Virus record (IMG/VR): IMGVR_UViG_3300009183_004297
Coordinates: 6,719 to 70,718 of that record
DNA: 64,000 nt
Direction: 5' to 3' (one strand)
Origin: a virus
The position numbers and the translations under genes were made by a program. The first letter of the stretch is position 1. Each line of letters starts with the position of its first letter. This document shows positions 52,378 to 60,716 of this stretch, in pieces. The notes beneath the pieces were generated by a model that ran no database searches, had not been told where the DNA came from, and saw only the letters and a program-made list of their open reading frames with translations.

Positions 52378-52941
52378 TTATCGTCCCCCGCTGTAGATCC
52401 TGCGGTTCACGGTTTCCCAATTGATTATGCGCCAGATGTTTTTGAGGTATTGGGCCTTGTCTGCTTGGTAGTCCAGTGCCCAGGCATGTTCCCACCAGTC
52501 AATCAGCAGTGCAATATCTTTCTTGACAGCATGATTTTTGATAGTTTTGATGTCACCATTGCGAGCCATGTACACCCAGCCAGACCCTTGAATGGTCATA
52601 GCTTCTTCTTCTATTTTCTTTTGAAAGTTTACAAACGAAGTGTAACGTCGATTTATCAGCGCAAGGCTAGCACCGTCGGGCTTGTTGCCAGACTTGGGTT
52701 CTTGCAGTTGTGGAAAGTATATGTTGTGCAAGTACGCACCTGCTTCATTGAAGTCAGCATCACCTTCACCTGCATTGTAACGGTCAACATAACCACGGGC
52801 TAGGGTGCCATAATGGTAATCCAATGTTTCTTTGCTTTTGACAGGTGCCAAATCTGTACGTTTGTACGGCAAGGGCAGTAGTTCTAGTTCTGCTTTTTCC
52901 TTGGATTCTACTAGAGTGATTATTTCGCGCATGTGGTTCAT
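52378..52941 (-). CDS. sod: Fe/Mn superoxide dismutase
   Basis: LPY..L.P, DYHYG, YLHN, GSGWV, DWWEHAW; all four metal ligands retained. Confidence 0.92.
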   Translation of the reverse strand: MNHMREIITLVESKEKAELELLPLPYKRTDLAPVKSKETLDYHYGTLARGYVDRYNAGEGDADFNEAGAYLHNIYFPQLQEPKSGNKPDGASLALINRRYTSFVNFQKKIEEEAMTIQGSGWVYMARNGDIKTIKNHAVKKDIALLIDWWEHAWALDYQADKAQYLKNIWRIINWETVNRRIYSGGR

Positions 52942-52945
52942 GCAC

Positions 52946-53167
52946 TTATTTATTACGATAGATCACTCGTCCTTTGGTCAAATCGTATGGACTCATTTCT
53001 ACATCCACTCGATCTCCTAACAGGATTTTAATTGCATTCTGTCTAAGTTTGCCCCCTGTATAGGCAATGATTTTATGCTTGGACTCATCTAATTCAACAC
53101 GGAATGTAGCATTGGGCAACACTTCGTAAACGACCCCTGAACTGCGTAGGGATTCTTCTTTGGCCAC
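52946..53167 (-). CDS. infA: Translation initiation factor IF-1
   Basis: [19 protein letters not shown]...[21 protein letters not shown]. Confidence 0.95.
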   Translation of the reverse strand: MAKEESLRSSGVVYEVLPNATFRVELDESKHKIIAYTGGKLRQNAIKILLGDRVDVEMSPYDLTKGRVIYRNK

Positions 53168-53193
53168 GATATTACTCTTTCTTGGGTTAAGCG

Positions 53194-53574
53194 TCAGCCT
53201 CGACGCATTTTACTAATGTCCTCAGCTTCTTGGTTGCTGAACACAGGCACCATGTTTGACTTGTGCATGGTGGCAATACCAACGATTTTATCCCCGGTAT
53301 AGACTTTGGGTGCAGGCTTGGTAGCATTGCCCAACCCGCTGTCGCGACTGGGAATCAAACGACTGTTGCGTTCTGCAGGAATCTCTAGTTTGTATTCAAG
53401 AGTCTGTTTACGAGGAGTAGACACAACTTTAGAGGGAGCCCATTTGGCTTGCAGTGCCGCCCAGCTTTCGGCCTGTTCACGAGCCTTGGCCGCATGAGCC
53501 GCTGATGCAAATTTTATTTTGCCGCGCTTTTTGCCTGTGAGACTAAGACTAGGGTGTACAAGGTGCATGGTCAT
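53194..53574 (-). CDS. Hypothetical phage protein
   Basis: [20 protein letters not shown] motif recalled from large myoviruses. Confidence 0.7.
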   Translation of the reverse strand: MTMHLVHPSLSLTGKKRGKIKFASAAHAAKAREQAESWAALQAKWAPSKVVSTPRKQTLEYKLEIPAERNSRLIPSRDSGLGNATKPAPKVYTGDKIVGIATMHKSNMVPVFSNQEAEDISKMRRG

Positions 53575-53703
53575 TTGGGGTTTCTCCACTCAGTTTTAGC
53601 TATTTTAGCTTCTTCGACAATTCTTGTCAACAGGTGCCAAATCGGGTGTGCAAAATATCCCACAACAGCGCCGTACACAAACCATTCAACGGCGTGCCAA
53701 AAT

Positions 53704-53982
53704 TCAATCATGAGTTGCCCAGGTGTTGGTATCGTGATTCCAGTGCCGAACATCGTAGAAATGTAGTTCAACTTCATGGCCAAACAACCCTAACATGATT
53801 CTAGCGCCTGCATGATCACCTCTGAGTCTCAAATCAAATTCTATATCAACCACCCGACTCGTCCGGTAACCATTGAATTCCCAAGCCTTGTGCTTGGTAA
53901 ACAAACCACTTTTGTTCCAAAGTATAGCCCATCTGCATGTGTCGCTCCATGGATTGCCTATATCAAATTTTAGATTGATCAT
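53704..53982 (-). CDS. Hypothetical protein
   Basis: 92 aa, DHAG..FYDVRHW. Confidence 0.6.
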   Translation of the reverse strand: MINLKFDIGNPWSDTCRWAILWNKSGLFTKHKAWEFNGYRTSRVVDIEFDLRLRGDHAGARIMLGLFGHEVELHFYDVRHWNHDTNTWATHD

Positions 53983-54323
53983 TTTTTAACTTGCTGTTGT
54001 TTACGGAATGTTTCTACGTCCTGGCTGGCACTTTGTAGCACACCTGCATAATTAACAGCCTGTTGGCGGGTCATGATGATAGAGGCTTCGTATTCCGCAT
54101 AACCTCTTGTAAGCAGTCGCCAAATGATTTGCCATCTGTTGAGTTGCCACCATTTGGTTTTTTGTTGGGTGTATGTTGTGACTGTGACTCCGGTGTCTTC
54201 TGCTTCAACGCAGACGGTGTGGGCACAATCGGTTGAACAGCAGTCACACGGTACGGTGTAATACTTGGCATCTCCAAAGTCCTTGTGTAGTAGAATTCCT
54301 TCGGCAGGAGTCTGAGGTGTCAT
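53979..54323 (-). CDS. Hypothetical protein
   Basis: 114 aa with CDCC..CAH. Confidence 0.6.
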   Translation of the reverse strand: MTPQTPAEGILLHKDFGDAKYYTVPCDCCSTDCAHTVCVEAEDTGVTVTTYTQQKTKWWQLNRWQIIWRLLTRGYAEYEASIIMTRQQAVNYAGVLQSASQDVETFRKQQQVKK

Positions 54324-54637
54324 TGTTTGATGCCTTTTAGCTCAAGTGCTGAGAATACTTTGTCGTTGAGCAAAAAGATCTTTTCAGGAAAGCGTTCAAT
54401 GATGCGTTGCTTGACTTCCTCGTTGCTGGTGCCTTGGCCCAGGAAGTCATGGTTCTCATCATCAAAGGCCAGGATCAATCCCTTGTCCGGCACAGGCTCC
54501 AACTTGACCACACGAATACGTCGATCAGCTTCAGCACGTACTAGATCCACTGTGGCACGTGTTTCTGCACGTGCGGCCATGAATTTAAGAATCATCATAA
54601 TTGCCCATGCGATACCAATGTATGTAAAAATTTCCAT
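54320..54637 (-). CDS. Hypothetical protein with N-terminal TM
   Basis: 105 aa; AGGAG RBS. Confidence 0.6.
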   Translation of the reverse strand: MEIFTYIGIAWAIMMILKFMAARAETRATVDLVRAEADRRIRVVKLEPVPDKGLILAFDDENHDFLGQGTSNEEVKQRIIERFPEKIFLLNDKVFSALELKGIKQ

Positions 54638-54661
54638 GTAAACTCCTGAAGGATATATTTA

Positions 54662-54691
54662 ATTATACATTATTCTGGGTTTTGTTGTCAA
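54662..54691 (-). promoter_or_regulatory. Consensus sigma70 promoter
   Basis: TTGACA-18nt-TATAAT. Confidence 0.55.
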
Positions 54692-54836
54692 CCATGGGTT
54701 TTTCTGGGCGTGTGGCACAAAACTCACAGTCCGGATCAGTGCATGGTTCTTCCATCCATGCATTGCAAGGCTCACAGTAGTAGGCATCGTGGTGTTCGTT
54801 GTAGCCCTGCCCTGAGCCACAGTGTATGCACTTCAA
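54663..54836 (-). CDS. Small Cys-rich putative metal-binding protein (57 aa, missed by the track)
   Basis: TTG start: MKCIHCGSGQGYNEHHDAYYCEPCNAWMEEPCTDPDCEFCATRP. Confidence 0.6.
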   Translation of the reverse strand: MKCIHCGSGQGYNEHHDAYYCEPCNAWMEEPCTDPDCEFCATRPEKPMVDNKTQNNV

Positions 54837-55681
54837 GTCCATAAACTGTCTCGAGCCTTGATCAAACGGATCATCATGGCTTCATCTTCTGCTTCGTAGG
54901 CTGCTTCAATTTCTCGAAGTTTCTCATGAGCGGCATCGCTCATGGCTTTGAGTTCAGGAGTTTTATCACTGCTCATCCAACTTAGCTTGCCACCATTGGC
55001 CGCACGGCAGGCTTCGCAGTACTCAGTCCATCCACTGGCATCGTATGGATCAGGACGAGCACGATAGGTCACAGTCCACCATGTGTAAAGCTCTTTGATT
55101 TCTTGGGCACGAACAGCTTGACCAGTGGGTTGGCCATAGTGTTCGCTGCCTTCTTCCACGCCCATATCGTTGCCAAATTTAAGTGTCATGGCCCAGTCAA
55201 GATGGTCTATACCTGCTTGTGGGCAACGCCAAGTTCTCCAACGCCACCAACCTGAAGCATAGAATGGAGGATTGTATTTGGCACGGTCTTCCTTACTGCC
55301 CCAGGCAATATGGCTCCATGCTGACTCTATTTCAACAAAGTCCACAAGCTCATTGAATAAGCATGGTAGAAACCTGTTGCCAACATCACACCAGTTGCCG
55401 GGCTTGATATCCCGGGCGTGAGCAGTAAGAGCATGAGTGCGTGTGACCCAGCGGTTGTTGATGTAGTATTTGATACTGTGAAGAGTCCTTGTGGGCCAGG
55501 TCACAAAATCTTGAATATGCCCAAGTGCTTCTTCTGCTAACCAGTAGCGGAAGTTGTGTTTGATTTGGGCCCGAGTGGTCCAGTCGTCCCATTCTTCTGC
55601 GGTGCCCGCACTGAGCTTTTTGGTGCCGCGAAGCCAGTCTGCGAAGGGAGTGCAACTCCAGTAGTGTGTATGCTGTGCCAT
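54833..55681 (-). CDS. Trp-rich hypothetical phage protein
   Basis: 282 aa; QA..A.EI.ELY.WW and MMIRLIK.R..LWT. Confidence 0.7.
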   Translation of the reverse strand: MAQHTHYWSCTPFADWLRGTKKLSAGTAEEWDDWTTRAQIKHNFRYWLAEEALGHIQDFVTWPTRTLHSIKYYINNRWVTRTHALTAHARDIKPGNWCDVGNRFLPCLFNELVDFVEIESAWSHIAWGSKEDRAKYNPPFYASGWWRWRTWRCPQAGIDHLDWAMTLKFGNDMGVEEGSEHYGQPTGQAVRAQEIKELYTWWTVTYRARPDPYDASGWTEYCEACRAANGGKLSWMSSDKTPELKAMSDAAHEKLREIEAAYEAEDEAMMIRLIKARDSLWT

Positions 55682-55688
55682 GATAATC

Positions 55689-56081
55689 CTAAAATTTAAT
55701 TTTGTCTGAAGTCAAGTTCAAGTCAAGTGTTGATACGTCAATCAAAGAGCCGGTGCTAGAACTTATAGTAATGACATCTGCTGATCCACCTATTTGGTTG
55801 ATTTGGTTGGCCCAATCTATCTGCATGTTGTCGTCACTTATTTTGAAATCGTATTCGCTGGCTTGTTGTATCTGCACATCCTTGCGCAACTCTCTCATTT
55901 GATACTCTAAATTTTCTAATCGTTCAAATAACTTTTCAAAAGGCCCTGTTTCTGCATGCTCGGATTTTCCCAGTGTGGCCAACACCGTGAGACTGCGAAA
56001 TGCGTCCTGTACAGCCTGGCTAGGACTAGAAATTATAGTGTCAAACATTTCAGCAATTTGCTGGAGCTCTTTGTCGTCCAT
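55689..56081 (-). CDS. Hypothetical protein
   Basis: 130 aa; TATAAT 5 nt upstream of the ATG. Confidence 0.6.
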   Translation of the reverse strand: MDDKELQQIAEMFDTIISSPSQAVQDAFRSLTVLATLGKSEHAETGPFEKLFERLENLEYQMRELRKDVQIQQASEYDFKISDDNMQIDWANQINQIGGSADVITISSSTGSLIDVSTLDLNLTSDKIKF

Positions 56082-56125
56082 AGTGTATTATACCTTATAC
56101 AGCTATTTAATGCAAGAGATTTGGA

Positions 56126-56365
56126 CTAGATAAATTTTAGCAAAAACCAAGTTCGGGCAGACTCTGTGTAGAAGTCAATGTGGATCTCTGTGTCGCCCCA
56201 GTGGCCGCCATCCATTTTTGGCACCCAGTCACGATGCTCACGTGGAAGAAACCCCAGCTCTTCTCGCATTCTACTGCGTAGCATGACCATGCTTGGTCCA
56301 AATTCTGTACGAATTTGTTCGCGTATTCGGTTCCATTCATCACGGGTCAGCACATGAGATTTCAC
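56126..56365 (-). CDS. Small paralogue of the F-x-L-[KR]-W-tail family
   Basis: Ends IHIDFYTESARTWFLLKFI. Confidence 0.6.
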   Translation of the reverse strand: MKSHVLTRDEWNRIREQIRTEFGPSMVMLRSRMREELGFLPREHRDWVPKMDGGHWGDTEIHIDFYTESARTWFLLKFI

Positions 56366-56366
56366 G

Positions 56367-56672
56367 TTAGATCCATCGCAGTGTCATGAGCATGGCATGC
56401 TCTCGGTGCTTGAACAAGAACAGCATGTTATCCACTTCAGGATGAGTAACATAGTTGTCACCCGGAAGACCAAAGTTTTCCACAGCCCATGCACAGGCTT
56501 CATTCCAGAAGTAACTGGTATCTTTGCCCTTTTCCCATTTCAATTCAACAGGGGTCCAGCCCACACATTTGTCCAAGGTTATCTCCCAAAGCATTTGATT
56601 CAAAACATTACGATCTATTTGCTCGGCCACTTCTTTGGCAGCTCTTTGCAGGAATTCTTGTTCTAGCTCCAT
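56367..56672 (-). CDS. Small paralogue of the F-x-L-[KR]-W-tail family
   Basis: Ends LFLFKHREHAMLMTLRWI. Confidence 0.65.
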   Translation of the reverse strand: MELEQEFLQRAAKEVAEQIDRNVLNQMLWEITLDKCVGWTPVELKWEKGKDTSYFWNEACAWAVENFGLPGDNYVTHPEVDNMLFLFKHREHAMLMTLRWI

Positions 56673-56881
56673 TTTAGTGCAAATAGTGTGGCATCTTCTT
56701 CTTCACCAAACATCAAGCCTGACGCATCCTTCTCGCCCACCTGCGTGGGGTTACTGACCAGATGCACTTGGTATACTCCGTACTCAGCTTTGAGCCAGTC
56801 CCAGAAGTCCACATCGATTTTGTTGTCACGATGGTGTGTTTGCAAATTGTCGTAAAATGGTTCAATAGGAAGTATCTTCAT
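56663..56881 (-). CDS. Small paralogue of the F-x-L-[KR]-W-tail family
   Basis: Ends LMFGEEEDATLFALKWS. Confidence 0.65.
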   Translation of the reverse strand: MKILPIEPFYDNLQTHHRDNKIDVDFWDWLKAEYGVYQVHLVSNPTQVGEKDASGLMFGEEEDATLFALKWS

Positions 56882-57087
56882 AGTTCTTTCATGGTCAGCA
56901 TGGTGGCCCAGGCTTCTGCTTCGCCGTTGAACATGAACTCAATTTCATGCTTGCTTTGATCCAGTCGCCAGGTGTAGTCTCGGCCCATTTGTAAGCCTTG
57001 TTCTTTCAACCAACGAGAAATCATCACACCACGGTGCGATTCTTGTTCTGAACTTCCTTCACGGAATGGCAAAGTTACAATCTTCAT
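56878..57087 (-). CDS. Small divergent paralogue of the same family
   Basis: Ends IEFMFNGEAEAWATMLTMKEL. Confidence 0.55.
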   Translation of the reverse strand: MKIVTLPFREGSSEQESHRGVMISRWLKEQGLQMGRDYTWRLDQSKHEIEFMFNGEAEAWATMLTMKEL

Positions 57088-57123
57088 GTGTACAGTTTAA
57101 CACAAAAGTGAATTGTTGGAATT

Positions 57124-57390
57124 CTAAACGGGCAAATTCTTTGCACTCAGTTTGATCCACATGAACTCTTTTAGGTCCACTTCGGGTTGATGGATGAATG
57201 GCCGAGCAGGATCATTTCGGATAAAACGAACATGACCATCTTCTTCTACCCAGACTCTGCTACTGTTGTCAAACAAGCCGGTGTGCATGGCTTCGCCGCG
57301 TCGAGAGTTTATGGTGTGCGTGTAGTACCGAGTTTCGATGGGTTCGCCAAACATGGTACCTGGCGACACAATTTCGTAATATATGTTCAT
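57124..57390 (-). CDS. Hypothetical protein
   Basis: Ends VDLKEFMWIKLSAK. Confidence 0.55.
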   Translation of the reverse strand: MNIYYEIVSPGTMFGEPIETRYYTHTINSRRGEAMHTGLFDNSSRVWVEEDGHVRFIRNDPARPFIHQPEVDLKEFMWIKLSAKNLPV

Positions 57391-57581
57391 AACCACCTCA
57401 GTGAAAAAATTACCACATCTTTGGGATCCGCAAAATGATAGTCAACTTTGGATGGAGGTAAGTCGCGACCTAACCGTAAATGTGCTGTGGCAGAAAGATA
57501 GCTGGGGCAGTGCTCCTTGGCCCATTCCGTTGCATTCCATTCGTACTCGTGTGGTAGTGTTACTGTGTATCTCATAGCCAT
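57387..57581 (-). CDS. Small paralogue of the F-x-L-[KR]-W-tail family
   Basis: Ends YHFADPKDVVIFSLRWL. Confidence 0.65.
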   Translation of the reverse strand: MAMRYTVTLPHEYEWNATEWAKEHCPSYLSATAHLRLGRDLPPSKVDYHFADPKDVVIFSLRWL

Positions 57582-57829
57582 TTCAATGAAAACAACATTG
57601 CATCCTTATCTTCTGCAAAATGAAATATGTACCTGTCGTGATCTTCTCTGCCGGCCCAAAACATTGCCCAGAAACCATCAGGGTGGTCTATAGCTTCCCA
57701 TCTTTTTCCAAACTGCGCCAAACACCAAGCGCCAGCGGCCCTGTGTTTCTCAGCATCGATTAGAACATAGTGTTCCAGTGTACGAAACGCCCTGCGGTAT
57801 CTACGTGTTTGTGCTGAGTTCATAACCAC
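57572..57829 (-). CDS. Small paralogue of the F-x-L-[KR]-W-tail family
   Basis: Ends FHFAEDKDAMLFSLKWL. Confidence 0.65.
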   Translation of the reverse strand: MVMNSAQTRRYRRAFRTLEHYVLIDAEKHRAAGAWCLAQFGKRWEAIDHPDGFWAMFWAGREDHDRYIFHFAEDKDAMLFSLKWL

Positions 57830-58065
57830 TTGAGAATAAAAACATTTGCGTCTCGTTCATCTTCAAAGTAAAACAAAAAGCCTGCTGTGGGATCATCTGG
57901 AGTTTCATATCCTCTCAGCTGATACCTGGCAAGTCCTGCGTAGTCATTTTCAATCCAGTCCAGCATTTGTTGAACATCGGGTTGATGCTCCAGCATGCGT
58001 CGCCAAGACACAAACACTCGGGTCCAGTGCTCAGGGAATGGTAACGACTCGTCCTTGATCATCAT
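57820..58065 (-). CDS. Small paralogue of the F-x-L-[KR]-W-tail family
   Basis: Ends FYFEDERDANVFILKWL. Confidence 0.65.
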   Translation of the reverse strand: MMIKDESLPFPEHWTRVFVSWRRMLEHQPDVQQMLDWIENDYAGLARYQLRGYETPDDPTAGFLFYFEDERDANVFILKWL

Positions 58066-58804
58066 CCAGTACCTTTCGCTTACGCAGTACCCTGCCGTCT
58101 GCGGTGTACATGTGTCCGTCTGGCACATCTTTGATTATTTCTGCGTTTGTGAATATTGTAACATCGTTGCCAATCACAATAGGCGACTTTTTATGCCAGA
58201 TGTTTATACGAGAGTACGCACCCATGTACACATTGTTTCCAACTGAACATTGATACAAATGCGTGTGACAAGACATGATAGTATTACGTCCTATAGTTAC
58301 ACCGTCACCAATACCAGCCTCTGCTTCGCCAACAAAATGATCACCAATTGTGATACCAGCACTTACCATTATAAATCCACGATTAAGAAATACTCCGCGG
58401 CCAATTTTAATATCTCCATATCGGCTGTACAACCCGTCTACCCTTGCACTAGGATGTATCAGGTTAATGATATTTGCACCACTTTGTTCTAGCATGTTAA
58501 TTTGTCTCAGTCGCACCTGCCCGGGGTCAAAGCTACCTGCAACATGCTGTCCTCCATCCCAGTAACTGGCCACAATGAAATCACAGGTGCGTAACCATTG
58601 CTGTGCTGTGGCATTGTCGGCGTCCAGCAACCAGTCCTCAGAACCAATTACAGGAATCTTGCCACTACCCACTGAGTCTTGATTGCCCCAAAATTGTTTG
58701 TCCAACACACCCACAATCTCACGTCCATCTGCTTCTGCGGCAATGGCCATGTCGTTGATCAGGTTGCGACTGCCAACAAAGATTAACGGGCGTTTTAGAT
58801 CCAT
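58031..58804 (-). CDS. NeuD/PglD-like hexapeptide-repeat acetyltransferase
   Basis: N-terminal Rossmann-like part, NLIHPSA, [IV]GxxV hexapeptide repeats, KDVP. Confidence 0.7.
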   Translation of the reverse strand: MDLKRPLIFVGSRNLINDMAIAAEADGREIVGVLDKQFWGNQDSVGSGKIPVIGSEDWLLDADNATAQQWLRTCDFIVASYWDGGQHVAGSFDPGQVRLRQINMLEQSGANIINLIHPSARVDGLYSRYGDIKIGRGVFLNRGFIMVSAGITIGDHFVGEAEAGIGDGVTIGRNTIMSCHTHLYQCSVGNNVYMGAYSRINIWHKKSPIVIGNDVTIFTNAEIIKDVPDGHMYTADGRVLRKRKVLDDDQGRVVTIP

Positions 58805-58974
58805 TTTAGTGCAAACAGTGTAGCGTCATCTTTGTTTTTGAACTTGAACTCATATCTGGTGTTGTGAAAAAGACTTTCTACACTCATGGTCCAATACTTG
58901 TAGCCGATATTTTTCACAGCCCAGGCGCCTGCTTCGGTTGCTCGAGTTGGATTAGTTAAGGTTATGGTTGTCAT
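58795..58974 (-). CDS. Small paralogue of the F-x-L-[KR]-W-tail family (59 aa, missed by the track)
   Basis: MTTITLTNPTRATEAGAWAVKNIG...YEFKFKNKDDATLFALKWI. Confidence 0.65.
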   Translation of the reverse strand: MTTITLTNPTRATEAGAWAVKNIGYKYWTMSVESLFHNTRYEFKFKNKDDATLFALKWI

Positions 58975-58979
58975 GGTTT

Positions 58980-59008
58980 ATTATAGCATATTATAATTAT
59001 AATGTCAA
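58980..59008 (-). promoter_or_regulatory. Consensus sigma70 promoter, leaderless geometry
   Basis: TTGACA-17nt-TATAAT (with TG); ATG 5 nt after the -10. Confidence 0.65.
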
Positions 59009-59202
59009 GCCCAGCGTAGCATGAACCATGTGGCATGGTCTGTGCGTTTGAAGATAAAAATGGTGTGATCCAAACGGGTGTCCACATCGCCCCAGTCTGT
59101 GCCCCATGCTTCCCAACACCAACGCTGGCATTCGGCTCGCCAGTCACGAGTCACACAACCACAATCAATGTACCATCTGTCATTTTGTCTTAATAGTTTC
59201 AT
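59005..59202 (-). CDS. Small paralogue of the F-x-L-[KR]-W-tail family
   Basis: Ends FIFKRTDHATWFMLRWA. Confidence 0.65.
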   Translation of the reverse strand: MKLLRQNDRWYIDCGCVTRDWRAECQRWCWEAWGTDWGDVDTRLDHTIFIFKRTDHATWFMLRWA

Positions 59203-59593
59203 CAACACACAAGGCCTCTAGCAATTTATAGTTATCATAGGCCTGTTTCAGGGCTTCGTATTTTTCCAGGCGCTTGGGGTCAGGCACCAGGATTGCCAGT
59301 CGTTCTTGTATTTTTTCCAGTATTTCGGATATGTTGGCGCCATTTACTGTGAGGTTTCCCCGGATATCTGCATCGCCCGAAACTTGAAGACTTGGACTTG
59401 ATCCTGCATTTAGGGTCATAACCGGACTTTGTGTAACACTCCAATTGTTGCTGCCAGCACCGTTCCAGGGCATGGTATAAGTGCCACCTGCACCCACTGC
59501 GCCGGTTAGGCGATAGCTACCACCACTTCCTGCAATAGTTACATTTCCATATGCTGACCCTGATGGGTTTAGTGTGAGAGTTGAATTTGGCAT
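59180..59593 (-). CDS. Hypothetical phage protein
   Basis: Gly/Ser-rich start; IQERLAIL.PD...EKY.ALK.AY..YK. Confidence 0.65.
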   Translation of the reverse strand: MPNSTLTLNPSGSAYGNVTIAGSGGSYRLTGAVGAGGTYTMPWNGAGSNNWSVTQSPVMTLNAGSSPSLQVSGDADIRGNLTVNGANISEILEKIQERLAILVPDPKRLEKYEALKQAYDNYKLLEALCVDETIKTK

Positions 59594-59649
59594 AGCGTAA
59601 ATTGTAGCAGGTCTGCGGCTAAATAACAATATTAAAGGATAAATTTGTT

Positions 59650-60078
59650 ATGCTAAAATCAGTACTGACATATACCAAAACTGGAAACACCACTTGGGAC
59701 TATTTCTTAGACCCTAGCACTTTGCCTGCTGATAATCCTATGTTTGAAACATGGAAACAAGTTTGGCTAATGATGTATGGCACTGAAACTAAAACACTTT
59801 TTCCCGGAGTAACTTGGGAGTTTGAAGTGATATCAGCACAAGAATTAAAATGCCATCAAACAATAATAGATGTTGAGACTCTTGATGCTTGGATAAGTTA
59901 CATTACATCTTGTGATCTTAGTCCTGCAACGGATATTCATACGGTATTCGAAATCATGTATCCAGGAGAGTCACTGTCACAAACATTGGAGATCATCCAA
60001 GCACCTGTTAATATACAGGATTCTACTGCATACCAATGGGTAAACGAAGATCCTAACGTTGCTGTAATACAAAACTAA
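59650..60078 (+). CDS. Hypothetical acidic protein
   Basis: 142 aa; TAAATA and AAGGA upstream; terminator downstream. Confidence 0.65.
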   Translation: MLKSVLTYTKTGNTTWDYFLDPSTLPADNPMFETWKQVWLMMYGTETKTLFPGVTWEFEVISAQELKCHQTIIDVETLDAWISYITSCDLSPATDIHTVFEIMYPGESLSQTLEIIQAPVNIQDSTAYQWVNEDPNVAVIQN

Positions 60079-60101
60079 AAACCGCCCGAAGGCGGTTTTT
60101 T
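60077..60101. terminator. Bidirectional rho-independent terminator
   Basis: AAAAACCGCC-cgaa-GGCGGTTTTTT between convergent genes. Confidence 0.85.
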
Positions 60102-60118
60102 ATTGAACTTGTAAATTA

Positions 60119-60685
60119 TTAAAATCTACGTGAGTATGCCAGCCACACAGTATTGGTGTCCATGTCACCTCGGATCCAGTCCTGGCGAATAGCAATCGAG
60201 TCCTTGGCTGTGACATCATAACCCAGTTGTACTCGTGTCATACGAATATCCAGCGCACTTGTATTGATACCAGTGGCTACGGTGTAGTCTGGTTTGACCC
60301 AAAAGTTCGTACCAGGCACACGAGCCACTGCACCAACTTCCACGCCACCATATGTCATGGTAGCTACCTTGCTGACTTCAATTGCGCCCATGCCCAATCG
60401 TACATAAGGCGTAACAGGTGAACTGTTTAGGAATCGATATCCTGCACCAACTTCATACTGATTGGTGATGCTGAGTGTTGAACTGTTGCGACTAGGTGAA
60501 ACCATGACATCAACAAATACATCTTTCTTGTCAGTAACATCAAACACACCTTTAACAATGTAAGTGGTCGAGTCAACGTCTGTGGTGTTATTTTTGTTGC
60601 TGTTTGGTGCAACCCCAATAATAACAGAATCAGCCTGGGCAATTCCTGCCACAAGAGCAAAGCATAGTGCTAGTAGTTTTTTCAT
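60119..60685 (-). CDS. Outer-membrane beta-barrel protein with signal peptide
   Basis: True start MKKLLALCFALVAGIAQA after AGGAGA; amphipathic strands (VGAGYRF, QLGYDV); C-terminal aromatic (AYSRRF). Confidence 0.75.
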   Translation of the reverse strand: MKKLLALCFALVAGIAQADSVIIGVAPNSNKNNTTDVDSTTYIVKGVFDVTDKKDVFVDVMVSPSRNSSTLSITNQYEVGAGYRFLNSSPVTPYVRLGMGAIEVSKVATMTYGGVEVGAVARVPGTNFWVKPDYTVATGINTSALDIRMTRVQLGYDVTAKDSIAIRQDWIRGDMDTNTVWLAYSRRF

Positions 60686-60716
60686 TTTATATCTCCTAAA
60701 GTTAATGAAATATTTA

